Notes: generated from the sequence alone by a model not told the origin. Positions 30,738 to 41,294 are shown, counted from the stretch's first letter. The stretch is 64,000 nt of DNA from Alphaproteobacteria bacterium (GCA_965246875.1 CBDFFU010000006.1:512235-576234); one strand, 5' to 3'. Program-made: numbers and translations.

Positions 30738-30814
30738 GCGGATGTAGCTCAGTTGGTTAGAGCGCCTGCCTGTCACGCAGGAGGTCGCGGGTTCAAGTCC
30801 CGTCATTCGCGCCA
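30738..30814 (+). tRNA. tRNA-Asp (anticodon GTC)
   Basis: 77-nt cloverleaf. Acceptor GCGGATG/CATTCGC, anticodon loop CT-GTC-AC, T-loop TTCAAGT, encoded CCA. Confidence 0.9.
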
Positions 30815-30844
30815 TTTTTCTCTTAAATCTTCGTGACAGGATTT

Positions 30845-30871
30845 AAACCAAACCCATAGGGTTCGGTTTTT
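30845..30871. terminator. Hairpin plus T-run between tRNA-Asp and a convergent orphan gene
   Basis: AAACCAAACCC ata GGGTTCGGTTT TTT (one mismatch in the stem). Confidence 0.5.
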
Positions 30872-30874
30872 AAA

Positions 30875-31774
30875 TTATATCGATTCGAGCTTGGCAAACG
30901 TTGCAAGCGCTTTTTCGCGGGTCTTTTCCATGAAATCTCTTAAAGTTCTTGGACGTTCTCTTTTTGAGGGTCTTGTACTCTTCGCGAAGTCAGCGTTGTG
31001 CCAAAACTGTCTTAGCATTTGTTCTTGATAGTTTTTTTTGGCATTCCATTTATTCGGTTGTTCATCAATTATTGCTGTACGTATCAAAGCATTCATAAAC
31101 TCAGTATTTTCAGCAGAAGCTCCATAACTTTCTCTATTCAAAGAACGTAATTCTGTTTTAAGAACTTGAGCGGATGCTGGAATATCTTTCCAGTTATTAT
31201 ACTTTGTTTTCAATGAGTCATATCGATCTGCAATTTTTGCAGTGACATCAGGTTTTACGCGGCTTGCAAAATCGAGCATTTCGAAACCTGTGATACAAAG
31301 TCTGCTATCATAGTCTGATGTGCCAAGAGCATAGAAAAATTTAACATTTTCATCTGTTATCAGCTTTTCAGGATTCTGCTTAACAGAGGATGTTGCAATA
31401 TTCATTAATAGGTCTTTTTCCATTCCCCATGTGTTGGTTTGATATACAGTTTTCGCGACATCAAATGTTACAGACGGGTCAAGGCTTTGAACGATCGAAA
31501 GTGCTTTTATCGCATGCTGTGACTTCTTTTGATGTTCAAAATAATTCTTGTAACAGATTTCTTCTGCTACCAGTTTCATATTTTCTGGTTTGTCTTTCAG
31601 CATTTCCATTAACAAGGCGAGGTGAGCATCGGCTTTTTTTATTGAAATATCACCTTTGTGTTGAGGCTTGTCTTTCAAAGGCAATTCAAAGACAAGATCA
31701 TGCAAGACCTCTGACTCGCTCTCATACCCTGTAGGTACAACAATAGATGGTGTAGGATAAGTAAGCTGGCCCAT
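30875..31774 (-). CDS. Hypothetical protein (AT-rich orphan)
   Basis: 299-aa ORF with Lys/Glu/Asn-rich composition unlike the flanking genes. No motif recognised. Confidence 0.5.
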   Translation of the reverse strand: MGQLTYPTPSIVVPTGYESESEVLHDLVFELPLKDKPQHKGDISIKKADAHLALLMEMLKDKPENMKLVAEEICYKNYFEHQKKSQHAIKALSIVQSLDPSVTFDVAKTVYQTNTWGMEKDLLMNIATSSVKQNPEKLITDENVKFFYALGTSDYDSRLCITGFEMLDFASRVKPDVTAKIADRYDSLKTKYNNWKDIPASAQVLKTELRSLNRESYGASAENTEFMNALIRTAIIDEQPNKWNAKKNYQEQMLRQFWHNADFAKSTRPSKRERPRTLRDFMEKTREKALATFAKLESI

Positions 31775-31954
31775 GGTGACATCCTCGATAAGTAATTTTG
31801 AATTTAGTATAAGTGTTTACAATCTTATGTCAAGATATATATTGCTATATAGTTTTGCTATATCGGTGATTTAAAACAAATGAGAGGCCCCTTTAATATT
31901 GGACCGAGGCTGCCTATAATCACGGGCAGAACTTATGCTCAGGGCCATTCCCCA

Positions 31955-32608
31955 ATGAAAACCGCGACACTTCATCACAATTATCAACCGGCAAGCTTTG
32001 CGTTTACGCCAGCGAACAGTGAGAAAATCAAAGAGATTTTCAGGCTCTATCCGGCGGATCGGCCCAAAAGTGCGATGATGCCCTTGCTGGATCTGGCCCA
32101 GCGCCAAGTTGCCGAAACCGGACCTTACGGTCCATATGCCACCGGTGGCGGCTGGATCCCGCGTGCGGCTATGGATGAAATTGCGCGCATCATTAATGTG
32201 CCGCCGATCAAAGTTTACGAAGTCGCCACCTTTTATTCGATGTATAATCTGCACCCGGTCGGCAAATTTTTGCTGCAAATTTGCACGACGACACCCTGTT
32301 TGCTAGGTGGCTGCGGTGCGCAGGCGATTTTGGATGCGGCGCGCGATCATTTGGGCATTGGCATTGATGAAACAACCGGCGACGGCTTGTTCACCATCAA
32401 AGATGTGGAATGTCTGGGTGCCTGCGTCAACGCACCGATGTTGCAGATCAATGATGATTATTACGAAGATTTGACACCTGAGAGCTTCAAACACATTCTG
32501 GATGAATTAAAAGCCGGACGCCAGCCGAAAACAGGCTCACAAACGGGCCGCACCGGGTCATGCCCATGCAACGGGCCAACAACACTCAAAGAATTTGTGG
32601 GAGCATAA
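31955..32608 (+). CDS. nuoE: NADH-quinone oxidoreductase subunit E
   Basis: Start set at MKTATLHH. KSAMMPLLDLAQRQ, YNLHPVGKFLLQICTTTPCLLGG, VECLGACVNAPMLQIND. Confidence 0.9.
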   Translation: MKTATLHHNYQPASFAFTPANSEKIKEIFRLYPADRPKSAMMPLLDLAQRQVAETGPYGPYATGGGWIPRAAMDEIARIINVPPIKVYEVATFYSMYNLHPVGKFLLQICTTTPCLLGGCGAQAILDAARDHLGIGIDETTGDGLFTIKDVECLGACVNAPMLQINDDYYEDLTPESFKHILDELKAGRQPKTGSQTGRTGSCPCNGPTTLKEFVGA

Positions 32609-32611
32609 ATC

Positions 32612-33916
32612 ATGGTCGAATTGCTCCAAGACAAGGACCGCATCTATACCAACCTTTATGGCTTCCAAAGCTTTTCACTTGAGGCTGCGCAAAAGCGTGG
32701 CGATTGGGATGGCACCAAGGATGTGCTGGCCAAAGGTCGTGACTGGATTATCGACGAGATGAAAGCCTCGGGTTTACGCGGACGCGGCGGCGCGGGTTTC
32801 CCGACCGGTACCAAATGGGGCTTCATGCCCAAGCCGGACGAAAACGGCAATTACAAAAAAACACATTATCTGGTCATCAATGCCGACGAATCTGAACCCG
32901 GTACCTGCAAAGACCGCGACATCCTGCGCAACGAACCGCACAAACTGATCGAAGGCGCATTATTGACGGCCTTCGCGATCGGCGCGCATCAGGCGTATAT
33001 TTATATTCGCGGCGAATTTTGTAACGAAGCGTCTGAAACACGCCAAGCGATTGCCGAAGCCTATGCCAGCGGTTTGATCGGTAAAAACGCCTCCGGCTCC
33101 GGCTGGGATTTCGATATTGCCGTGCATCGGGGTGCTGGCGCCTATATTTGCGGCGAAGAATCCGCACTGCTGGAAAGCCTGGAAGGCAATCGCGGCATGC
33201 CGCGCAACAAGCCACCGTTCCCGGCCATGGCGGGTTTATATTCCCTGCCAACAACGGTGAACAATGTCGAAACCATTGCATCTGTTCCCGCCATCCTCAA
33301 ACGCGGCGGTGCATGGTATGCACAATTCGGTACGGAAAAATCCAAAGGCACAAAACTGTTTTGCATGTCGGGCCATGTCAACACGCCGGGCAATGTCGAG
33401 GAAGTGATCAACATCCCTATGAAAGAGTTGATCGAACGTCACGGCGGCGGTGTGCGCGGCGGTTGGGATAATTTGCTGGCCGTCATTCCGGGCGGTTCGT
33501 CCTGTCCAATTCTACCAGCGCATTTGTGTGAAGACGTGTTGATGGATTACGAATCGCTGAAAGCAGCAGGGTCGTCATTGGGTACCGGCGGTTTGATCGT
33601 CATGGATAAATCGACGGATGTCGTCGCGGCCATTGCGCGCCTGTCGCGTTTCTATGCGCATGAAAGCTGCGGCCAATGTACGCCGTGCCGCGAAGGCACC
33701 GGCTGGATGATGCGCGTCATGAACCGCATGGTCACCGGCCAGGCCGACATTGCCGAGATCGACATGCTGATCGATATCTCGAAGGAAATCGAAGGCCACA
33801 CGATCTGCGCCCACGGCGACGCCTCCGCCTGGCCGATCCAAGCGTTGGTCAAACATTTCCGACCCGAGATGGAAAAGCGGATCCTGGATTATCGTGCACG
33901 CTTGAAGGCTGCTTAA
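32612..33916 (+). CDS. nuoF: NADH-quinone oxidoreductase subunit F
   Basis: [63 protein letters not shown]. Confidence 0.95.
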   Translation: MVELLQDKDRIYTNLYGFQSFSLEAAQKRGDWDGTKDVLAKGRDWIIDEMKASGLRGRGGAGFPTGTKWGFMPKPDENGNYKKTHYLVINADESEPGTCKDRDILRNEPHKLIEGALLTAFAIGAHQAYIYIRGEFCNEASETRQAIAEAYASGLIGKNASGSGWDFDIAVHRGAGAYICGEESALLESLEGNRGMPRNKPPFPAMAGLYSLPTTVNNVETIASVPAILKRGGAWYAQFGTEKSKGTKLFCMSGHVNTPGNVEEVINIPMKELIERHGGGVRGGWDNLLAVIPGGSSCPILPAHLCEDVLMDYESLKAAGSSLGTGGLIVMDKSTDVVAAIARLSRFYAHESCGQCTPCREGTGWMMRVMNRMVTGQADIAEIDMLIDISKEIEGHTICAHGDASAWPIQALVKHFRPEMEKRILDYRARLKAA

Positions 33917-33979
33917 TTTATTTACATATTGATATGTGTCGATTAAGCTGCGCTATAGTGTTCATCAGTGTGAGGTATC

Positions 33980-34678
33980 ATGAGCAGCTTTTTGTTTGAT
34001 ATAGTCGATTTGACGCATACATTAAATGATAAAATTCCGACATGGAATGGCTCATGTGGTTTTGAGAAATGCTTGGTGCATCCCCATGACCCCGATGCGA
34101 AATTTTCATTTTTGATCTACGATTATCAATCAAAAGCAGGTGCTGGCACACACATCGATGCGCCGCTTCATTGCAATTCAACAGGTATGGCGGTTCACGA
34201 ATTGCCTTTAGATCGTTTAATCGGACGACCGGCTGTTGTATTGAATATTGTTGACAAGGCACACGAGTTATACAGTTTATCCGTACAAGATATCCAAAAT
34301 TTTGAAATACAGCATGGTCAGATTGCAACAGGCAGTTTTGTTTTTGTACACACGGGCTGGGATCAATTTTGGACTACACCCGATCAATACCGAAATAATC
34401 TACGCTTTCCATCGGTCTCGATAGATGCAGCACAAGTCTTGTTTGATAAAGGCGTTATCGGAATTGGTATCGACACATTATCACCTGATCGGGAAGAAGA
34501 CGGTTTTCCAGTGCATAAATTATTTTTGGAAGCGGATTTGTGTCTTATTGAAAACGCCACAAATCTAAACGCTTTGCCGCCAATGGGTAGCTTCATTAAT
34601 ATCGGTGTCATGAAAATCGAAGGTGGGACAGAAGCACCTGTCCGCTTGACCGGCTTAATTCCAAAGACGATGCTGTAA
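33980..34678 (+). CDS. Cyclase-family protein (kynurenine formamidase-like)
   Basis: VDLTHTLNDKIPTW...GTHIDAPLHC...VFVHTGW...GIGIDTLSPD match the PF04199-type pattern as I recall it. Confidence 0.7.
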   Translation: MSSFLFDIVDLTHTLNDKIPTWNGSCGFEKCLVHPHDPDAKFSFLIYDYQSKAGAGTHIDAPLHCNSTGMAVHELPLDRLIGRPAVVLNIVDKAHELYSLSVQDIQNFEIQHGQIATGSFVFVHTGWDQFWTTPDQYRNNLRFPSVSIDAAQVLFDKGVIGIGIDTLSPDREEDGFPVHKLFLEADLCLIENATNLNALPPMGSFINIGVMKIEGGTEAPVRLTGLIPKTML

Positions 34679-35091
34679 TGTTAGAAGTCGCCACCGCTCT
34701 GTTATTTGATCGCAACAACAAGTTGCTAATCTACCTGCGCGATGACAAACCAACCATTCCGTTTCCCAATCACTGGGATCTATTCGGCGGTTGGGTCGAA
34801 AAGGGCGAAACGCCGGAAGAAGCGCTGGAACGCGAGGTCATGGAGGAGCTCGGCATCACATTGAGCAATTATACCAGATGGCGCACGTTTGACTGCCCGA
34901 CTGGTGATATCGTTCCAAACATCAAACATGTCTTTTTTGCGAAACTCGATGTCTTGCCCGAAGACCTCAAACTGCTCGAATGCGGGCAGCGTAGCACCAG
35001 TGTTCCCTTAGCCGAACGGCAGAATTATAAGTTCTGCAATATTCTAACGCAGATTATCGACGATTTTGTCAAAGAAAACAAAGATTTATAA
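34678..35091 (+). CDS. NUDIX hydrolase
   Basis: Nudix box GGWVEKGETPEEALEREVMEELGI. Its start overlaps the stop of the cyclase gene by 1 nt (TAATG). Confidence 0.75.
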   Translation: MLEVATALLFDRNNKLLIYLRDDKPTIPFPNHWDLFGGWVEKGETPEEALEREVMEELGITLSNYTRWRTFDCPTGDIVPNIKHVFFAKLDVLPEDLKLLECGQRSTSVPLAERQNYKFCNILTQIIDDFVKENKDL

Positions 35092-35159
35092 CATATACGA
35101 AATATATTGACATAGCATAAAAGACTGATTAGATTGTTTTTATTCTCAGGAGGAATATT

Positions 35160-35771
35160 ATGACCGAAAAACTTGATTTCACACAAACAGAACAATACGC
35201 CCAAAATGGTTGGGCGGGTTATCTGCCATCCTTGATAGATAAATACATGGCAAAGTATCCTGAGGATAAAAAGGATGAAGATCAGGTTTTTTATCGTGCT
35301 TTATCATACGAAGTGAACGATGGCAAAATTACGATTGATAGCAAGGAATATTATAAATCAGGGCATATTACGGACTATTGGTCGGGACAATTTAGCGCGT
35401 TCGGTATTCCTCAGAAAGGTTATCAATTTGAAGATGTGGTATCTTATCAAGGCGGGGATTACACGCCAAGTTTCGATAGTTTAAAGCCTTTATATAATTT
35501 TGCTGAGCAAACTGATGTTGAAAACTTTAAAACATTTAAAGAAATTCAACAGCCGCAAATTGACTTGTTCAATGAATGCCGGGTAGAGCGGACCAAAGTA
35601 TGTGATTTGCAGGAAAAACTTGCGGTATTCCAACGTGAGCATAAACTTTTGACTAGAAGTCCTTGGGGAAAGTTCACTGACTTTGTTGATACCATGCGCG
35701 ATAACATCACAAGTAAAGTCAATAACTTTAACGATAGAGCATTTAACTTTCTCGACAGGCATCTGACGTAA
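35160..35771 (+). CDS. Hypothetical protein (AT-rich orphan)
   Basis: 203-aa ORF with AGGAGG 7 nt upstream. No motif recognised. Confidence 0.45.
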   Translation: MTEKLDFTQTEQYAQNGWAGYLPSLIDKYMAKYPEDKKDEDQVFYRALSYEVNDGKITIDSKEYYKSGHITDYWSGQFSAFGIPQKGYQFEDVVSYQGGDYTPSFDSLKPLYNFAEQTDVENFKTFKEIQQPQIDLFNECRVERTKVCDLQEKLAVFQREHKLLTRSPWGKFTDFVDTMRDNITSKVNNFNDRAFNFLDRHLT

Positions 35772-35903
35772 AAAAATAATAGCTTAAGTCCAAGCAATCG
35801 CAAAAGGCCGTATTAAAGGCAGCTTTTTATGTCTTTGGCGACCCTAGGCAAACCTGAATTTACGCTTATGATATGAAGGTCATTATCCTCATGAGCGTAT
35901 CCC

Positions 35904-37988
35904 ATGCCTAAACTTAAAATCGACGGTGTTGAAATCGAAGTGGCCGACGGTTTGTCCGTCTTGCAGGCTTGCGAAACGGTCGGGGTCGAAATTCCGCGGT
36001 TTTGTTATCATGACCGTTTGACCGTGCCGGCCAATTGCCGCATGTGTCTGGTCGAACAGGTCGGCGCGCCAAAACCGGTGGCGTCCTGTTCCATCAAGGC
36101 CGCTGAGGGCATGGACATCAAAACCAGTTCTGACCTGGTGCATCGCGCGCGCCATGGCGTCATGGAATTTATGTTGATCAATCACCCGCTCGATTGCCCG
36201 ATTTGCGACCAGGGTGGTGAATGCGATTTACAGGATCAAGCGGTCGCCTATGGTTATGACCGCAGCCGTTATCACGAAGAAAAACGCGCCGTCAAAGACA
36301 AAGATTTAGGGCCGCTGGTCAACACCACCATGACGCGCTGCATTCACTGCACCCGCTGCATCCGTTTTGGCGAAGAAATTGCCGGTGTTGCCGAACTCGG
36401 TTTACTGGGCCGTGGTGAAAATACCGAAGTCGGCACATTTATTGAAACATTCATCTCCAGCGAAGTGTCTGGCAACATCATCGATGTCTGCCCGGTTGGT
36501 GCTTTGACCAGCAAGCCCTATCAATTCAAAGCCCGCCCATGGGAAATGCGCAAAACGGAAACGATCGACGTCATGGACGCCGTGGGTTCCAACATCCGCG
36601 TCGACAGCCGCAGCAACGCGGAAGTGATGCGCGTCATTCCACGCCTGCACGAAGACGTCAACGAAGAATGGATCAGCGACAAAACGCGTTTCGCTTATGA
36701 CGGCTTGAAAGTGCAGCGTCTGGATAAATGCTACCGTCCACAAGACGGCAAACTGGCACCCACGACATGGGAACTGGCGTTCGATTTTATCAAGACCGAA
36801 TTAGCCAATGTCAAAGGCCATGAAATCGCGGCCATCGTCGGTGATCAGGTGGATTGCGAAGCGATCACAGCCCTCAAAGATTTGATGACAGCATTGGGAT
36901 CGACCCATCTGGAATGCCGCACCGATGGCGCGACGTATGATGTGTCGAACCGCGCGCATTACATCATGAATTCGGGCATTAGCGGCCTTGATGAGGCCGA
37001 CGCTGTCTTGCTGATCGGTGCCATGCCGAAACGCGAAGCGACGATGATCAACACGCGTCTCCGCCGCAACTTTGTCGAACGCCAGCTGGTCGTTGGCGTC
37101 ATTGGTGAAAACGCTAATTATTCCTATGCCACCCATTATCTGGGCGATGGCCCAGTCGCTTTGTCGAATTTGATTGCTGGTAATGGCGCTTTCGCTGACG
37201 TGTTGAAAAATGCGAAAAACCCGATGATTATTGTCGGTGCCGGCGGTTTGGCACGTAAAGACAGCGCCGCCATTCAACAACTTTCCTTCCAGCTTTCTAC
37301 GCAATACAATGTCGTGCGTGAGGGGTGGAATGGTTACAACGTCATGCAATTGGCAGCGTCGCGCGTTGGCGCGCTTGATCTGGGCTTTGTATCGCAAAAC
37401 AACAAATCTTTGGCAGACATTTACGCCGGGTGCCAATCGGGTGCGATCAAAGCATTGTATGTTCTAGCCAGTGATGAGATTGACCCAACACAACTGGGCA
37501 ATGCTTTTGTCATTTACCAAGGCCACCATGGCGACGTCATGGCACAACATGCCGACGTGATTTTGCCAGGTAGCGCCTACACCGAAAAAAATGCGTTGTA
37601 CGTGAATACCGAAGGCCGTGTGCAACAAGGCCGTCAGGCCGCATTCCCGCCGGGTGACGCCAAAGAAGATTGGAAAATCCTGCGCGCCTTGGGTGAAACG
37701 CTTTTGACTGGCGGTGTTGCTGAACAGATGCCGTACAAAACCCTGGGTGAAATTCGCAGCCGTATGATTGCCATCAATCCGGTCTTTGCCCAGATTGATA
37801 TGCTTCAGTCCGTTACAGGCTGGACAGTACCAAGCGTTAAATTTACACCGCGTTTTGATACGCATGCGTTTGTTTCGCCGGTGCAGAATTTCTACCAAAC
37901 CTGTGCCATTTCACGCGCATCGATCACGATGGCGAAATGCGTGTCGGCCTTTCTGGAACAGCCTGTCGAACGTATCGCTGCGGAGTAA
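35904..37988 (+). CDS. nuoG: NADH-quinone oxidoreductase subunit G
   Basis: IPRFCYH..L...ANCRMCLVE, HPLDCPICDQGGECDLQD, CIHCTRCIRF, DVCPVGALTSKPY. Confidence 0.95.
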   Translation: MPKLKIDGVEIEVADGLSVLQACETVGVEIPRFCYHDRLTVPANCRMCLVEQVGAPKPVASCSIKAAEGMDIKTSSDLVHRARHGVMEFMLINHPLDCPICDQGGECDLQDQAVAYGYDRSRYHEEKRAVKDKDLGPLVNTTMTRCIHCTRCIRFGEEIAGVAELGLLGRGENTEVGTFIETFISSEVSGNIIDVCPVGALTSKPYQFKARPWEMRKTETIDVMDAVGSNIRVDSRSNAEVMRVIPRLHEDVNEEWISDKTRFAYDGLKVQRLDKCYRPQDGKLAPTTWELAFDFIKTELANVKGHEIAAIVGDQVDCEAITALKDLMTALGSTHLECRTDGATYDVSNRAHYIMNSGISGLDEADAVLLIGAMPKREATMINTRLRRNFVERQLVVGVIGENANYSYATHYLGDGPVALSNLIAGNGAFADVLKNAKNPMIIVGAGGLARKDSAAIQQLSFQLSTQYNVVREGWNGYNVMQLAASRVGALDLGFVSQNNKSLADIYAGCQSGAIKALYVLASDEIDPTQLGNAFVIYQGHHGDVMAQHADVILPGSAYTEKNALYVNTEGRVQQGRQAAFPPGDAKEDWKILRALGETLLTGGVAEQMPYKTLGEIRSRMIAINPVFAQIDMLQSVTGWTVPSVKFTPRFDTHAFVSPVQNFYQTCAISRASITMAKCVSAFLEQPVERIAAE

Positions 37989-37993
37989 GTTGC

Positions 37994-38566
37994 ATGAAAG
38001 TCATCGTCGCCTCAACCAATCCGGTCAAAATCAAGGCGACGCAAGACGCCTTTGCCGCAATGTTTCCTGAGCAGACATTTGAAACTGAAGGCCAGAATCC
38101 CGGCATTGACCTGCCAGCTCAGCCAATGAGCGATCTGGATACCAAAAATTGCGCGATTGCCCGCATGCAAGCCATCCATCAAAAATACACTGATGCCGAT
38201 TATTGGGTGGCGATTGAAGGCGGGATTGAAGTTTTTGCAAACGGCCTCATCCACGCCGAACAATATCATTGCATCGCGTGGGTCGTTATCCAAAACAAAA
38301 ACAATCAATGGGGTGAGGCGCGCACCGCCAGCTTCCCAATCCCGCATGAGGTTGGCCGTCTAATTCAATCCGGTGTTGAAATGGGTCACGCTAATGACCG
38401 TGTATTTGGTTTGGATAATTCCAAACATGGATTGGGCATGACCGGCATCGTCACCGATAATGCTGTTAACCGCACATCCTATTATACCCATGCTGTAACA
38501 CTTGCGCTGGCACCGTTTAAAAATGCGGATATTTATTTTGCACTTCAACAAGATGCTGCTTCATGA
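37994..38566 (+). CDS. yjjX: Inosine/xanthosine triphosphatase (YjjX-family NTPase)
   Basis: MKVIVASTNPVKIKATQDAF...QPMSDLDTKNCAIARM...WVAIEGGI resembles YjjX. Start set at the ATG at 37994. Confidence 0.65.
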   Translation: MKVIVASTNPVKIKATQDAFAAMFPEQTFETEGQNPGIDLPAQPMSDLDTKNCAIARMQAIHQKYTDADYWVAIEGGIEVFANGLIHAEQYHCIAWVVIQNKNNQWGEARTASFPIPHEVGRLIQSGVEMGHANDRVFGLDNSKHGLGMTGIVTDNAVNRTSYYTHAVTLALAPFKNADIYFALQQDAAS

Positions 38567-39045
38567 TCGACTGGACTGAACTTTTCGCATTTGACACACC
38601 AATCCTTGAGATTGTCGTGCGCGGCACTTGTGTCTATTGGGCCTTGTTCCTCATTATGCGATTTTTTCTCAAACGCGGCAATGGCGCGGTCGGCATTTCC
38701 GATTTACTGGTCGTTGTGTTGCTGGGCGATGCCATCCAAAATGCGATGGCGGGAGATTACAAATCGATCTCTGATGGCATTCTGTTGGTTCTTGTTATTG
38801 TTGGCTGGGATTACCTGTTTGATTGGATGTCTTACAAATCATTGACGTTGCGCCGTTTTATCCAGCCGCAAAAAACGTGTCTCGTTAAACATGGCCGTGT
38901 GCAGTGGAAAAACATGCAAGCTGAATTGATCAACAAAGAGGAGTTGATGGCGCAATTACGCTTGAACGACGCCAGGCAATTGTCTGATGTTAAAGAAGCT
39001 TATCTGGAACCAAACGGTGACATCAGCGTCATAAAATATGACTAA
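38563..39045 (+). CDS. DUF421 (YetF-like) membrane protein
   Basis: Two N-terminal TM segments plus a C-terminal soluble domain. LVVVLLGDAIQNAM and EAYLEPNGDISVI are typical of DUF421. ATGA overlap with yjjX. Confidence 0.65.
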   Translation: MIDWTELFAFDTPILEIVVRGTCVYWALFLIMRFFLKRGNGAVGISDLLVVVLLGDAIQNAMAGDYKSISDGILLVLVIVGWDYLFDWMSYKSLTLRRFIQPQKTCLVKHGRVQWKNMQAELINKEELMAQLRLNDARQLSDVKEAYLEPNGDISVIKYD

Positions 39046-39534
39046 AACAACGCCGCCGCGGAAACCATCCTATTTGAACTTTGATAAAGACACTTACGCC
39101 TGGCGGCCCGATATCGATTACCGCGTGCATCCCGAACTTTATCGCACTGGCAAAGGCGAGCAGGGCGTCTTGATCTGCGAACCTTAAAATCAGAACTGAC
39201 ACCATATTGGCGTTTTAAAACACCGGACATTGCAAGCGACAGCAGCACCAAAATCTACGACATGTTTCTCAATTACCTCAAAAATGATGAATTTGTCGGC
39301 GCCGATATGGCGCGCAAATTTTTGCAAATGGGTTTCACCCGCGCCCGGCGCTACGCCAACTACAAAGGCGGTAAGAAATACGACAAAGCGCACGATTACG
39401 CGCCGCTGGAAAAAGGCACCGGCGACCCCGAAAAAGCAGTCAGCGCCCAGATATTTTATGATAAATGGCAGGAGGCGGAAGCTAACCCGGCTTATCAAAA
39501 ACAAAAAGCCGCCTGGACAGAAAAATATGGCTAA
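39038..39534 (+). pseudogene. DUF4385-family gene interrupted by a 1-nt frameshift
   Basis: Frame A (39038-39184) gives MTKTTPPRKPSYLNFDKDTYAWRPDIDYRVHPELYRTGKGEQGVLICEP, then TAA at 39185. Frame B from 39187 continues KSELTPYWRFKTPDIASDSSTKIYDMFLNYLKNDEFVGADMARKFLQMGFTRARRYANYKGGKKY... to 39534. One missing base in CCTTA-AAAT would restore ...CEPYKSEL.... Confidence 0.6.
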
Positions 39535-39609
39535 AGCCCGTCTTTTAAACGGCCACCAACTTTTCACATGCACTGGCCCGTGCTAGTCTGGCCCAAACAG
39601 GATTACCGA

Positions 39610-40635
39610 ATGACCGAATTTCTCAATACCTATATCCTCCCGCTCGTGATCATTCTTGGCCGCATCTTGCTGGTCACGGTGCCGCTCATCTTGGCAATGG
39701 CGTATTTGACTTATGCCGAGCGTAAAGTCTTGGCCGCCATGCAATTGCGTCAGGGACCAATGACGGTCGGGCCGTTTGGTCTGTTGCAGCCTTTGGCAGA
39801 TGGTATCAAATTGTTGTCTAAAGAAATCATCATCCCGTCCGGCGCGAACAAGGTGATTTTCGTCATCGCGCCGATGATCACCTTTGCCCTGGCACTTGTT
39901 GCCTGGGCCGTGATTCCAATGACCCCGACATTCGTGCTGGCCGATATCAATGTCGGCATGCTGTATCTGTTTGCCATGTCGTCGCTTGGCGTCTATGGCA
40001 TTTTGATGGCCGGCTGGGCGTCAAACTCGCGCTATGCATTTCTGGGCGGCCTGCGTTCAGCGGCACAAATGGTGTCATACGAAGTCTCCATCGGCCTCGT
40101 GATCATTACCGTTATCTTGTCTGTCGGCAGTTTTCGCCTCATCGACATCGTACAAATTGAACGTCCATGGTGGATGACGATCGTATTGTTGCCGATGCTG
40201 GTGATTTTCTTTATTTCCGCTTTGGCTGAAACCAACCGGGCGCCGTTTGATTTACCAGAAGGCGAAAGTGAATTGGTCGGCGGTTATAACGTTGAATATT
40301 CCGCCATGACGTTTGCGCTATTCTTCCTCGGCGAATATATGAACATGATTCTCATGTCGGCTATGACCGCCATTCTGTTTCTCGGTGGTTGGCAACCGCC
40401 ATTTAATCTGGATTGGGTGGTGTGGAACTGGGTGCCGCCGTTTATCTGGTTTGCCGGCAAAATCTGTTTCGTGCTCTTTTTCTTTTTGTGGGCCAGAGCG
40501 ACCTTGCCACGTTATCGGTATGACCAACTGATGCGGCTGGGCTGGAAAATATTCCTGCCGTTTTCACTGTTATATGTGGTGTTTATATCAGGCCTGCTAC
40601 TCTACACTCATCATTTGCCGAACATGGGACAATAA
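39610..40635 (+). CDS. nuoH: NADH-quinone oxidoreductase subunit H
   Basis: Start set at [58 protein letters not shown]. Confidence 0.95.
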   Translation: MTEFLNTYILPLVIILGRILLVTVPLILAMAYLTYAERKVLAAMQLRQGPMTVGPFGLLQPLADGIKLLSKEIIIPSGANKVIFVIAPMITFALALVAWAVIPMTPTFVLADINVGMLYLFAMSSLGVYGILMAGWASNSRYAFLGGLRSAAQMVSYEVSIGLVIITVILSVGSFRLIDIVQIERPWWMTIVLLPMLVIFFISALAETNRAPFDLPEGESELVGGYNVEYSAMTFALFFLGEYMNMILMSAMTAILFLGGWQPPFNLDWVVWNWVPPFIWFAGKICFVLFFFLWARATLPRYRYDQLMRLGWKIFLPFSLLYVVFISGLLLYTHHLPNMGQ

Positions 40636-40637
40636 TC

Positions 40638-41123
40638 ATGAGAATGCTTGGAATTGTCCGTCAGTTTTTATTGCTCGATATTTTGCGCGGCTTCTGGCTG
40701 ACATTTAAATATATGTTCAAGTCACGCGTGACACTAAACTATCCGTTTGAAAAAGGTCCGCTCAGCCCACGTTTTCGTGGCGAACATGCCTTGCGCCGCT
40801 ACCCGAACGGCGAAGAACGCTGCATCGCCTGCAAATTGTGTGAAGCCGTTTGCCCGGCCGAAGCGATCACCATCGAAGCCGAACCGCGCGAAGACGGCTC
40901 CCGCCGCACGACGCGTTACGATATCGATATGACGAAATGCATCTATTGCGGCCTGTGCCAGGAAGCCTGCCCGGTCGATGCGATCGTGCAAGGCTCAAAC
41001 TTTGAATTCGCCACCGAAACGCATGAAGAATTGTTGTATAACAAAGATAAACTGCTGGCCAACGGTGATCGCTGGGAAGCGCAATTGCAACAGAATATTA
41101 TGGTTGAAGCGAAATATCGCTAA
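40638..41123 (+). CDS. nuoI: NADH-quinone oxidoreductase subunit I
   Basis: Two 4Fe-4S motifs, [12 protein letters not shown] and [30 protein letters not shown]. Confidence 0.95.
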   Translation: MRMLGIVRQFLLLDILRGFWLTFKYMFKSRVTLNYPFEKGPLSPRFRGEHALRRYPNGEERCIACKLCEAVCPAEAITIEAEPREDGSRRTTRYDIDMTKCIYCGLCQEACPVDAIVQGSNFEFATETHEELLYNKDKLLANGDRWEAQLQQNIMVEAKYR

Positions 41124-41294
41124 TCTGTTTTAAAATTTTTGTATAAACGGTCTTTATATACACCGGAAATACGCTATATCTGCGTTATACAATGATACAA
41201 TAACATGATTTGCCAAAAGGCCTTGATTACCATCAAAGCCTTTCAGTAAGACATCTCTTTGCAGAACGCAAATCAGGACAACAGGAGAAACCAC

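Noticed and set aside
39190-39586. ORFs 39230-39586 (+) and 39190-39573 (-) overlapping the DUF4385 remnant
   Set aside because: The conserved DUF4385 sequence is in the 39187-39534 frame. These alternatives have Arg/Lys-rich junk-like translations.
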